Shown here piece by piece: positions 50,036 through 60,280 of a DNA stretch of 64,000 nt. Below the pieces are notes generated by a model. The model was given only the letters and a program-made list of their open reading frames with translations. It did no database searches and had not been told where the DNA came from. Position 1 is the stretch's first letter. The number at the start of each line of letters is the position of its first letter. The position numbers were made by a program, and so were the translations under genes. The stretch is from Candidatus Omnitrophota bacterium (GTDB taxonomy: Bacteria > Omnitrophota > Gorgyraeia > Duberdicusellales > 4484-171). Location of the stretch: the NCBI GenBank assembly GCA_024231025.1, contig JAAEQW010000120.1:66324-130323 (forward strand), in the 5' to 3' direction.

Positions 50036-50896
50036 TTAATCTTTTTTCTTAATCGGCACTACTCCAGCAAGTTCACCAACTACATTAATTAATTCAGTGT
50101 CTGTTGGAATTACTACCTTTGCGTTGTCTTTTAACGCATTTTCAACCGTTTGAAGTTTTCTTAAAACTTGCGCATTCCCTATAAAGTATTTTTCTGCAGC
50201 TTCATTTACTAATTTTATTGCTTCAGATTCTCCTTGTGCCTGCAAAATTCTTGCTTGTTTAACCCCTTCGGCCTTTTTTATCTCTGACCTCTTTTCACCA
50301 TCGGCGGCAGTTTCCTGAGCTGTGGCATAGTCGACAGCGGCTATTTTTTCGTTTTCCGCCTTTACTACCTTATTCATTGTCTCTTGCACGTCTTTGGGCG
50401 GATCAATTTGCTTTAATTCTGTTCTGACGATCTCAATTCCCCAAGTAGTTGTTTCATCACGAAGGGTTTTATGTAACTCGAAATTGATTTTCCCTCTTTC
50501 GCTATTAGCAGACTTTAAAGTAAGGGTACCTATAATGTTTCTTAATGTAGTTCTTGCTAAATTCACAATTTGATGCTTGTAGACGTTAACGTGGTATTGT
50601 GAACTCTTTACACTTTCTTCGTCGGATTTTACCTTGAAGTAAACTTGAGCATCAACAGTGGCATTTAGGTTATCGTTGGTAATGATCTCCTGTGGTTCCG
50701 CATCAACCATTTGCTCAGTAACATTCACTATATACATCTTTTCAATGATCGGAATAATCCAATTAAATCCAAAATTAGCAAAACGACAATATTTACCTAG
50801 TCGTTCAATCAATCCTCGATGAGTCGGTCTTACAATTCTAATACCAAGAAAAAATATGAAAAGAATTACACCAATAATTAATTTTACTGAACCCAT
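50036..50896 (-). CDS. SPFH/band 7/stomatin family protein
   Basis: IERLGKY, QEIITNDN...VDA, WGIEIVRTEL. Confidence 0.9.
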   Translation of the reverse strand: MGSVKLIIGVILFIFFLGIRIVRPTHRGLIERLGKYCRFANFGFNWIIPIIEKMYIVNVTEQMVDAEPQEIITNDNLNATVDAQVYFKVKSDEESVKSSQYHVNVYKHQIVNLARTTLRNIIGTLTLKSANSERGKINFELHKTLRDETTTWGIEIVRTELKQIDPPKDVQETMNKVVKAENEKIAAVDYATAQETAADGEKRSEIKKAEGVKQARILQAQGESEAIKLVNEAAEKYFIGNAQVLRKLQTVENALKDNAKVVIPTDTELINVVGELAGVVPIKKKD

Positions 50897-50977
50897 AATA
50901 ACCTCCTTTTTGTAAATAAATTATAACATGTTTTGTTGATTTTTGTTATTTTTACTGATAAGACTTTAAGAGATTCG

Positions 50978-51310
50978 TTATTCAAATTTAATTATTGTTC
51001 CGACTATTTTTCGTGGGATTTCGGTTTTTCCCGCTGTTTCTTTATCGATAACAATCAGCGCATCCCCGCCCATTCTCGCCACTTCTCGCCGCAACGCATG
51101 ATAGGTTGGCTCTAAATTGCTGCTTACTCCTTTATAGGTAAGTTGACAAATTTCTTGATAATCCTCTAGCGGAGACTCTTGCAATATTTTTACTTGAAGT
51201 GGATCAGTAGGAGAAATAGACAAGCCCGAATAATCATCAATTGAAACACTTCCCCCAACACAGCCACACGCAAAAACAAATAATAAAAAAATCATTTTCA
51301 GTTTACTCAT
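50978..51310 (-). CDS. Small predicted lipoprotein
   Basis: Lipobox-like ACG-C; A.RMGGDALIV resembles YbjQ-like folds. Confidence 0.6.
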   Translation of the reverse strand: MSKLKMIFLLFVFACGCVGGSVSIDDYSGLSISPTDPLQVKILQESPLEDYQEICQLTYKGVSSNLEPTYHALRREVARMGGDALIVIDKETAGKTEIPRKIVGTIIKFE

Positions 51311-53048
51311 GCTTTCCTCCTCTTATATAAATCCATTCCAATTCACCAAACGCTCCACCATATACCGTTGGATATAAATTCGCAAATTTATCTCTTATTG
51401 CGTATAGCGAATAGGGGATAGCCGTATAAATCAACGGTAACTCCCGAGCTACTATTTTCTGCCAAGTAAAAAATAGCTCCTTTCTCTTGCTCTCATCAAT
51501 AGTTTTAGCGCCAAGATTAAATATATCCTCTATTTCTTGTTCGAAAGGCATTATTGCTTTTTTTGTTGGGTTCCACATATGCAGATTTCCCTTATATGAC
51601 CATACATTTTTACCAAAATAAGGTTCGATCCCACCGGTTAAGCCAATCATAATTAGCTCCCAATCAAAAGTAGCAGTAAGCTTGCTGACTAAATTGTTAA
51701 AATCAAGCGGAAGAAAACTTATTTTCATACCAATGTCTTCTAAATCTTTTTTAACTAGCGTAGCAATTTGCACTCGTTGAGTATTATCCGCATTAGTAAA
51801 AAAATTAAGTTCTAGTTTTTTGCCTTGGCTATCTTCCAGCGTGCCGTCTTGATCGCGATCTCCAAAGCCAATCTCGGCTAAAAGCTGTTTGGCCTTATCG
51901 GGGCTGAACTTATGCTTTTTAACATCTTCGGTGTAGAAAAACTTATTTGCTGGACTTACCGAAGAAAACTGCCTAACGCCCAAATCATTCATAACTATCT
52001 TTATAATCTTATCCTTGTTGATCGCATGGGCTATCGCTTTTCTAAATTTTATATTTCCAAACCACTTTAACTTATAAGGCGAAACATATGGTTTTTTAGT
52101 GCGTGGATTTTCTAAATTATTTTGATTAAAAACTAAGAAATTTGAGCCAAAAGATGGACCGGCATTATAAATAGTGAATAAGTCTTTCTTGCATCGAGGA
52201 CCCAAAATAGCTAAATCTTGCGATCGTAACGAATAATAGTCGATTTCTCGATCAAGAAATTTAAGTAGCGCTGTATCGGAATTTTGCAGAATGATATAAA
52301 TTATTTCTTGCAGATAAGGTAACTGTGTTTGATTTTCATCTTTTTTCCAATAGTAAGGGTTTGGGGCGAAAACCACCCTCTCACCTGGAAGATATTGCTT
52401 TAAGCAGTACGGGCCTGTTCCAACGATATCTTTCAATTTGCTATCAAGCCCCATGCTAAAAGTAAATTTCTTATCTTTTGCTATTTTATGATACTTATGC
52501 CTCGGCAGTATCTCATGACTCAACGCTCGTAGAAAAGGAGCAAAAACGCAAGGCAGGGTGAATTTGACCGTATAATCATCAACCCTCTCTACTGTTATTT
52601 TTTTACCCTCAATTGTAAAAATATCCCGGCTTGATGTAGGAATATCGCTATTATAAATTAATTCATTAAACGTAAAAACAACATCATCAGCTTTAAATTT
52701 TTCCCCATCGTTAAAAAAAACATCTTCTCTTAAATAGAAAATCCAAACCTTGCCATCTTCAGTTTCCCAACTCTTAGCTAAATTAGGTACTACTTCTAAA
52801 GTTAACGGATGCGTCCGTGTAAGGCCCTCAAAAATTAAAGATGTAATTTGTGTAGTTGAAGTCTCATTAGCAACAATTGGGTTGAAGGATTTAGGGTCAG
52901 ATGTGGCTGGAATAACTAATCTTCCGCCCTTATGACCAGACTCTAATTTATACTCTTTGAAAGGTTTCTGAAATACAGACTCAGCTGTAACTGAAGATTG
53001 CAAAAACAATACCGCAATTATGGCAAGTAGAGGGCTATTCTTTCTCAT
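51303..53048 (-). CDS. ABC transporter substrate-binding protein (family 5, peptide/nickel type)
   Basis: DPKSFNP, LAKSWE, DGEKFKADDVVFT, VGTGPY, NPYYW. Confidence 0.9.
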   Translation of the reverse strand: MRKNSPLLAIIAVLFLQSSVTAESVFQKPFKEYKLESGHKGGRLVIPATSDPKSFNPIVANETSTTQITSLIFEGLTRTHPLTLEVVPNLAKSWETEDGKVWIFYLREDVFFNDGEKFKADDVVFTFNELIYNSDIPTSSRDIFTIEGKKITVERVDDYTVKFTLPCVFAPFLRALSHEILPRHKYHKIAKDKKFTFSMGLDSKLKDIVGTGPYCLKQYLPGERVVFAPNPYYWKKDENQTQLPYLQEIIYIILQNSDTALLKFLDREIDYYSLRSQDLAILGPRCKKDLFTIYNAGPSFGSNFLVFNQNNLENPRTKKPYVSPYKLKWFGNIKFRKAIAHAINKDKIIKIVMNDLGVRQFSSVSPANKFFYTEDVKKHKFSPDKAKQLLAEIGFGDRDQDGTLEDSQGKKLELNFFTNADNTQRVQIATLVKKDLEDIGMKISFLPLDFNNLVSKLTATFDWELIMIGLTGGIEPYFGKNVWSYKGNLHMWNPTKKAIMPFEQEIEDIFNLGAKTIDESKRKELFFTWQKIVARELPLIYTAIPYSLYAIRDKFANLYPTVYGGAFGELEWIYIRGGKHE

Positions 53049-53346
53049 CCGTTGACGAGGCCTCACCTTGAATTGGAGCCTCCTGCGCAGGGGTATCCTT
53101 GTACTTTTCTAATAGTGATTTGCCCCGCTGCTTAGAGATATAGGCCAAAGATATTGACGTTGTAAAAAAAGCAACAACTAATCCTACCGTTACTCTTACT
53201 AAAAGGGCGCTAGTTTTAGTTCCAAATATAGATTCCACTCCGCCTAGGGCTTCAACCAAACCACCGCTTCTTCCTCTCTGAATCAGAATCGCTCCAATCA
53301 AAGAGATTACTACTATGACATGCAACACTAACATAAAATTATACAT
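53035..53346 (-). CDS. secG: Preprotein translocase subunit SecG
   Basis: Two TM helices, LIQRGRSGGL...FG; follows tpiA. Confidence 0.9.
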   Translation of the reverse strand: MYNFMLVLHVIVVISLIGAILIQRGRSGGLVEALGGVESIFGTKTSALLVRVTVGLVVAFFTTSISLAYISKQRGKSLLEKYKDTPAQEAPIQGEASSTDEKE

Positions 53347-53357
53347 ATTTTTCCTCC

Positions 53358-54113
53358 TTAAACGGCATTTTTGGCGATCTGAGCAAAAGAATCTTCTTTT
53401 AAGGACGCACCACCAACTAACGCACCGTCAATGTCAGCTTGGCCCATCAATTCCTTAGAATTTTCGGGTTTTACACTTCCGCCGTAAAGTATGCGTAGGT
53501 TCTCCGATATTAAAGTGCTAAATTTTTCTTTGATCCATCCACGAATAAAAGCGTGTATTTCTTGAGCCTGATCTGGTGTCGCAGTTTTGCCAGTTCCAAT
53601 CGCCCAAACTGGTTCATAGGCAATAATTGAGTTGGCCATATCCTCATTAGAAAGCCCTTCTAGGCCACCAGTTAATTGCTCTTCGATAATCGCCTTGGTT
53701 TTGTCTGCTTCTCGTTCTTGCAAAGTCTCACCAACACAAATTATCGGGTTGAGCCCAATGCCTAAAGCCGCTTTAATTCTTTTATTCACCGTCTCATTAG
53801 TTTCGTTAAAATATTTTCTTCTTTCGGAATGACCAATAATTACATATTCGCAGCCGCAAGCCTTGATCATCACCGGTGATATTTCTCCAGTGTAAGCGCC
53901 CTCGCTTTCCCAAAATAAATTCTGCGCGCCAAGTTTTATGGGGGTGTCTTCAACAATCGAATAAACTGTATTTAAGGCCGTAAAAGTCGGGCAAATAACA
54001 ATATCCGCCTCGATAAAAGTTGCCAACTCTTTTTTTAACTCCTCGGCAAGCATGCTGGCCTCACCAATGGTTTTGTACATTTTCCAATTTCCGGCAATCA
54101 TTATTTTTCTCAT
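53358..54113 (-). CDS. tpiA: Triosephosphate isomerase
   Basis: AGNWKM, GHSERR, AYEPVWAIGTG, YGGSV. Confidence 0.98.
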   Translation of the reverse strand: MRKIMIAGNWKMYKTIGEASMLAEELKKELATFIEADIVICPTFTALNTVYSIVEDTPIKLGAQNLFWESEGAYTGEISPVMIKACGCEYVIIGHSERRKYFNETNETVNKRIKAALGIGLNPIICVGETLQEREADKTKAIIEEQLTGGLEGLSNEDMANSIIAYEPVWAIGTGKTATPDQAQEIHAFIRGWIKEKFSTLISENLRILYGGSVKPENSKELMGQADIDGALVGGASLKEDSFAQIAKNAV

Positions 54114-54126
54114 TTTTTTCCTTTCC

Positions 54127-55305
54127 TTATTTGTTTGGCACTGCCGCTATTGCAGGAAGTGTTTTGCCTTCTAAGAATTCCAGCGATGCTCCACCTCCGG
54201 TAGAAACATGCGCAAGCTTACCGGCTACACCAAATTCCTTGGCTGCCGCGGCTGAATCTCCGCCACCAACAATAACTGTGGCACTCTCTAAGTCGGCTAA
54301 CATTGAAGCAATTTCTTTTGTGCCTTCACAGTAGTGTGGATTTTCAAATATACCCAGAGGACCGTTCCAAAGGACGGTTTTAGCTCCCTCTAACTCTTGT
54401 TTGAAATAATTAACTGTCTTTGGGCCAATATCAACGGCAATATCCCCGCCGATCAACTTTTCGGTGAATCTTTTAGTTTCAGGCTTATCTATAGCGCTAA
54501 CCACTAAATGATCCACTGGTAATAAAATTTTTATACCCAAGCAATTAGCCTTTTCTAAAATTTCTTTTGCTAAGCTTACCTTATCCTCTTCGACTCGCGA
54601 ACTGCCTGTGCCTTCACCTTTAGCCCTTAAAAAGGTATACGCCATCGCCCCACCAATAATAAGCGTATTGGCCCGCTCCATAAGGTTACTTATGACTGTA
54701 ATCTTATCGCTCACCTTAGCACCGCCTAAGATAACAACATACGGTTTTTCGGGAGTAAGCGCACAAGACAACGATTTAATTTCTTTATCTACCAAAAATC
54801 CCAAACACGCTGGCAAAAATTTTGCAATAATTGTTGTCGATGCGTGAGCGCGATGGGCAGTTCCAAAAGCATCGTTTACAAAAATATCTGCCAATGACGC
54901 AAGCTCTCTGGCAAACGCTTCATCGCCTTTAGTCTCTTGGGGGTGAAAACGTAAATTCTCAAGTAAAATTACTCGCTTATCGCTTGCCTCTACCGCATCT
55001 TTTACTTTTTTACCAACGCAATCGTCTAGCTTCTCCACTTCTCTTCCTAAGAGCCTAGCCAATTCTTTGGCTACTGGATCCATACGAAGACTGTCGACAA
55101 CAACACCCTTGGGGCGCCCCAAATGACTCATCAAAATCACCTTACTGGCGCCATGATTTAAAATATACTGAATAGTCGGCATCGCCGCCTTTATTCGCGC
55201 TTCGTCATTAACCGAACCACTATCATCTAACGGGACATTAAAATCAACACGAACAATTACTTTTTTATCAACTAGATCTAAATCTTTAATTGTTTTTTTA
55301 TTCAT
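54127..55305 (-). CDS. pgk: Phosphoglycerate kinase
   Basis: RVDFNVP, SHLGRP, LENLRF, STGGGASLE; start MNKKT after a GGGAG SD. Confidence 0.97.
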   Translation of the reverse strand: MNKKTIKDLDLVDKKVIVRVDFNVPLDDSGSVNDEARIKAAMPTIQYILNHGASKVILMSHLGRPKGVVVDSLRMDPVAKELARLLGREVEKLDDCVGKKVKDAVEASDKRVILLENLRFHPQETKGDEAFARELASLADIFVNDAFGTAHRAHASTTIIAKFLPACLGFLVDKEIKSLSCALTPEKPYVVILGGAKVSDKITVISNLMERANTLIIGGAMAYTFLRAKGEGTGSSRVEEDKVSLAKEILEKANCLGIKILLPVDHLVVSAIDKPETKRFTEKLIGGDIAVDIGPKTVNYFKQELEGAKTVLWNGPLGIFENPHYCEGTKEIASMLADLESATVIVGGGDSAAAAKEFGVAGKLAHVSTGGGASLEFLEGKTLPAIAAVPNK

Positions 55306-55331
55306 TACAACTCCCGCTAAGCCAACCATTT

Positions 55332-55444
55332 AGCTAAAACCGTAAAGCTAAAAGCGTAAAACCATAATTCAAAAATTAAAATTTTTCCGGATAATTTCAA
55401 ATTTTACGCTATGGTTTTACGTTTTGCGTTTTTAGTTTTTAGTT
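55332..55444. repeat. Empty family A inverted-repeat element between gap and pgk
   Basis: Arms 55332-55381 and 55395-55444 with a 13-nt loop; ~42/50 and ~41/50 identical to the corresponding arms around the four-helix-bundle gene. Confidence 0.88.
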
Positions 55445-55447
55445 ATT

Positions 55448-56482
<1,035 letters not shown>

Positions 56483-56590
56483 TTATTAATGATCGTTCCC
56501 TAAATTCTATTGGCACTGAGGGTGTCCGCCCCAAAGTGCCTTAAAAATCTTTATATACCTAAATATGTTTACTCTCTCATTTGGAGAGTT

Positions 56591-56618
56591 ATTATAGCAA
56601 TCGAATTGTAAATTGCAA
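56591..56618 (-). promoter_or_regulatory. Sigma70-like promoter TTGCAA-N16-TATAAT (extended -10) for the gap operon
   Basis: -10 at 56591-56596 preceded by TG. Confidence 0.6.
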
Positions 56619-56634
56619 GAAAATTATCAATCGC

Positions 56635-57816
56635 TTAAAGGGGTTTAATTTTTAAGAATTTCCGCTTGCCAATCTTTAAAATCAATCCTGATTTTGGTAC
56701 TTCTAGGTACTGACTTTTTATTGTTAAAGGGGTCTCGGCAACTATTGAAATTGCTCCTTGGTTTAAGAGCCGGCGTGCTTCATTTTTAGAAGAAGCCATT
56801 TTGTTCTGATAAATAATGCTTATGACGTCTATTTCTTTTGATGCTTTTACCGTCAGTATATCCTTCGGTAACTCTTTTTGAGAAAAAACACGCTGGAATT
56901 CTTCTCTCTCTTTTTCAGCAGATTTCTGACAATGGTAAAAAGATGTAATCGTTACCGCCAAAAGAAGCTTCGCTTCTTTAGGATGCATTGCTTTTGCTTT
57001 TTCTAAATCATGATCGGTTAGAAGCCTGAAATACTCCCACATTGCCTCATCGGAAATGCTCATAATTTTACCAAACATATCTTTTGAGCTATCGTTAACG
57101 CCAACATAATTATTGAGCGATTTAGACATTTTTTCCTTTCCGTCTAGCCCAACTAAAATTGGCATTGTTACAACTACCTGAGGCAACTGTTTGAAATTTT
57201 CCTGCAAATGCCTCCCCACAATAAGATTAAACTTTTGATCAGTTCCTCCAAATTCAATATCTGCCTCCAACATCACTGAATCATAACCCTGCACCAATGG
57301 ATAAACAACTTCAAGCATTGTAAGCGGCTTATTTTCTTTCATTCTTTTAGAAAAATCATCACGCTCCAAAATCCGCGCCATAGTGTAAGAAGAAAGAAGC
57401 GACAAAAATTTTGACAGATCCATCTTCTTAAACCACGCACTATTGTAAATTACTTTTGTTTTCTTTTTATCAAGAATTTTGAAGGCTTGTGACGTGTAAG
57501 TGAGCGCGTTGCTTTTGATTTCTTTATCGCTTAAAATCGGACGCAATGTGCTTTTACCGGATGGATCACCAATTTTAGCGGTAAAATCCCCAATAACAAG
57601 GCACACGGTATGGCCTAAATCCTGTAATTTACGAAGCTTACGTAAAAGCACAGTATGACCCAAATGAATATCACGTGCCGTGGGATCAAAGCCAATTTTT
57701 AAATTAAGTGATTTTTTAGATTGCAGCTTTAGTGTGAGCTCTTCTTCTGAAATTAAGTCGATAGCGTTTTTCTTTATCGCCGCCAAATGCAGCTTTAGAT
57801 CTTTTTTCACTGACAA
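56635..57816 (-). CDS. tyrS: Tyrosine-tRNA ligase
   Basis: GFDPTARDIHLGH, QGYDS, GGTDQKFN, KMSKS. Confidence 0.97.
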   Translation of the reverse strand: MSVKKDLKLHLAAIKKNAIDLISEEELTLKLQSKKSLNLKIGFDPTARDIHLGHTVLLRKLRKLQDLGHTVCLVIGDFTAKIGDPSGKSTLRPILSDKEIKSNALTYTSQAFKILDKKKTKVIYNSAWFKKMDLSKFLSLLSSYTMARILERDDFSKRMKENKPLTMLEVVYPLVQGYDSVMLEADIEFGGTDQKFNLIVGRHLQENFKQLPQVVVTMPILVGLDGKEKMSKSLNNYVGVNDSSKDMFGKIMSISDEAMWEYFRLLTDHDLEKAKAMHPKEAKLLLAVTITSFYHCQKSAEKEREEFQRVFSQKELPKDILTVKASKEIDVISIIYQNKMASSKNEARRLLNQGAISIVAETPLTIKSQYLEVPKSGLILKIGKRKFLKIKPL

Positions 57817-57922
57817 ACCCTCAGATTATGAAATCTTCTCGCTTCTTGTGCGGTTTTAAAGACAGTCTGGTGCTGATCAAGCAATTGAGTAAAGATTTCT
57901 ATGTGTGCGGGAAAATTTCTGA

Positions 57923-59491
57923 TTATTCTTCGGCAATCTCAATTGGCTCATCTATTCTAGAAGAAAGGCCAATCTTGGCTGAACCAGAATCAATCTTAAT
58001 TATTTTAACCGTAATTTTGTCTTGCGGCTTAAGATTGTCCATGACATCTTTTTCGATCTCACCTGAAAAAACTAATCCTTCCAAATCGTCGTCAATTTTA
58101 ACGAACACTCCAAAATTGGTAACTTTAACAACAATGCCATCTAACACCGTACCAATAGGAAATTTTTCCACAATTGCCGGCCATGGATCATCTTGCAACT
58201 GCTTAATGCCCAAAATAATCCTTCGACTAGCTCTATCTACTCCTAAAACTTTAAAGGAATTTGTTTGCCCGCGCTTAAGCACTTCTTGCGAACGAACGAT
58301 GCGCTTGGTCCAGGAAATATCTTCGTTAAAAATCACCCCTTCAAGTCCGTTTTCGAGTTCCATGTAAACGCAGCCTTCCCCATAACTCGCAACCTTACCA
58401 TTTACTTGAGAATCAACTGTAATCATATTTTCAATATCATCCCAAGGATCTTTTTCGGTCTGTTTAACGCTTAAAGAGATTTTGCGCTCTCCTGGATCTA
58501 CGCCAATGATTTTAATTTCAACTGCATCCCCAATAGCAAATGATTCATGCAAGTTAATAAATCGTTTGGTCCAGGAAACTTCGCTAATATGGATCAAGCC
58601 TTCGATGCCCTTTTCCAGCTCAACAAAAATACCATAATTCTGGATATTTGTTATTCTGCCCTTTATCATCGAATTAACTTTGTACTTCTTGTCGATTTCT
58701 TTCCATGGATCAGGTGTAGTTTGTTTTAACCCCAGAGATATTTTGCCTTTTTCCTTTTCAAAGCCCAAGACGATTACATTTATTTCATCGCCAGCAGCAA
58801 CAATTTCTGAAGGGTGAGTAATTTTTTTCCAACTCATGTCAGCAATATGAAGCAATCCGTCAACCCCTCCTAAATCAACAAAGGCGCCAAAGTTAGTAAT
58901 GCTTTTCACCTTACCCAATATAATTTTACCTTCTTCCATTTCTTCCCAAATTTTCTTGCGAGATGCTTCTCTTCCAATGCGAAGAGCATCTTTGCGAGAA
59001 ATAATAAAGTTTTCTTTTGCTCTGCTCATTTTAACAATTTGAAAACCAAAAGTTTTACCCATTACCTCTTCTGTAGCCATATTTTTAAATGATGATAAGC
59101 TTTGAGGCAAAAATCCTTCTACCCCGAAAACATCCACCATGTAACCACCCTTAACTTTTCTTGTTACAAAACCTTCTACGAGATCACCTTCGTTGTAATT
59201 ATCAGCTAAGGTACGCCAACCTTTTGTTTCGCGCGCCTTCCTGAAAGATAAAACTACTCTACCGTCTTCATCTTCAACATTTTCAACGAAAACCTCAATT
59301 TCACCAAGATCATCAACGTCCACCCCTTCAAACTCGGAACGCAAAATGATCCCTTCTGATTTGTAGCCAACGTCAACAATAACCTCACGAGAGGTAACAG
59401 CTACAACCTCACCCTTGACGATTTCCCCCTCGCTTAACTCCTTTATCGAGTCAAAATACGCGCTCTCTAATTCTGTTAATTCTTTTTCCAT
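57923..59491 (-). CDS. rpsA: 30S ribosomal protein S1
   Basis: Repeated S1 domains (VDVGYKSEG, FGAFVDLGGVDGLLH, GIEGLIHISE). Confidence 0.96.
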   Translation of the reverse strand: MEKELTELESAYFDSIKELSEGEIVKGEVVAVTSREVIVDVGYKSEGIILRSEFEGVDVDDLGEIEVFVENVEDEDGRVVLSFRKARETKGWRTLADNYNEGDLVEGFVTRKVKGGYMVDVFGVEGFLPQSLSSFKNMATEEVMGKTFGFQIVKMSRAKENFIISRKDALRIGREASRKKIWEEMEEGKIILGKVKSITNFGAFVDLGGVDGLLHIADMSWKKITHPSEIVAAGDEINVIVLGFEKEKGKISLGLKQTTPDPWKEIDKKYKVNSMIKGRITNIQNYGIFVELEKGIEGLIHISEVSWTKRFINLHESFAIGDAVEIKIIGVDPGERKISLSVKQTEKDPWDDIENMITVDSQVNGKVASYGEGCVYMELENGLEGVIFNEDISWTKRIVRSQEVLKRGQTNSFKVLGVDRASRRIILGIKQLQDDPWPAIVEKFPIGTVLDGIVVKVTNFGVFVKIDDDLEGLVFSGEIEKDVMDNLKPQDKITVKIIKIDSGSAKIGLSSRIDEPIEIAEE

Positions 59492-59558
59492 ATCTTCTAC
59501 TTTTCCTCCTTAAATTCCCACGGCTTGAGTCTAGCTCTCCATGGGAAAAATTTCTACA

Positions 59559-59587
59559 ATTATCTCTTAAAGGCCCCCGCTTGTCAA
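59559..59587 (-). promoter_or_regulatory. Sigma70-like promoter TTGACA-N17-GATAAT for rpsA
   Basis: -35 at 59582-59587, -10 at 59559-59564. Confidence 0.6.
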
Positions 59588-59710
59588 CAATAAAAACTTC
59601 TGATTGACAATAACGTGAGGGCGCATTGCATGTGCCCTTAATTTTGTAGGTGCGAGAGCTCTTTCGTCCTATGGAGATAAAGGGCTCAAGCTATCTCCTT
59701 TTCCTATGGT

Positions 59711-60280
59711 TTAAAGGCTTTTTATTTTTTCCATTACCCTTTTGGCAATCTCCTCATAAGTGTCTTTAGAGGTGTAATCTACCTTATCGGTTATGACTCT
59801 CAATTTGGCAATTTTAGGAAATTTTGCGCCTTTAGGAAGGATTTTGTCGCTACCATAGATTTTAGCCACCATAATCGGAACTTTAGCCTTTTTGCACAAA
59901 AATCCAACTCCAGGATTGATTTGATCAAGGCTCGCTCCACGAGTTCCTTGAGGAAAAACTACAACTGGGTATTTTTTAAGAATTTTTAAGGCATTTCGCA
60001 TGCCGGCAATATCACTTTCACCTCTTTTCACAGGAAATGTCCCATAAGCTTTCACAGCAAAGGCCAGAAGCTTGTTTTTAAACAACTCTTCTTTACCAAA
60101 GAAACATAGTCGACGTGGAGAAGCAATAGAAAGGATTGCCGGATCAAAATAACTTAAGTGGTTAGACGCAAAAACAAAAGGTTGGCCTTTCGCAGGAAAT
60201 TGAGCCCTGCGTTCTATTTTAATCTGAAAAAGTATCTTAAAACTTATCCAAATTAAAGTTCGGGTAATGCTATAGTGCAT
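59711..60280 (-). CDS. plsC: 1-acyl-sn-glycerol-3-phosphate acyltransferase
   Basis: NHLSYFD, KEELF, FPQGTR. Confidence 0.88.
   Translation of the reverse strand: MHYSITRTLIWISFKILFQIKIERRAQFPAKGQPFVFASNHLSYFDPAILSIASPRRLCFFGKEELFKNKLLAFAVKAYGTFPVKRGESDIAGMRNALKILKKYPVVVFPQGTRGASLDQINPGVGFLCKKAKVPIMVAKIYGSDKILPKGAKFPKIAKLRVITDKVDYTSKDTYEEIAKRVMEKIKSL

Noticed and set aside
53000-53060. tRNA-Leu commonly found after secG
   Set aside because: secG overlaps the next CDS directly and no cloverleaf is visible.
57817-57922. T-box riboswitch for tyrS
   Set aside because: Too short and lacks the GGUGGNACC T-box sequence.
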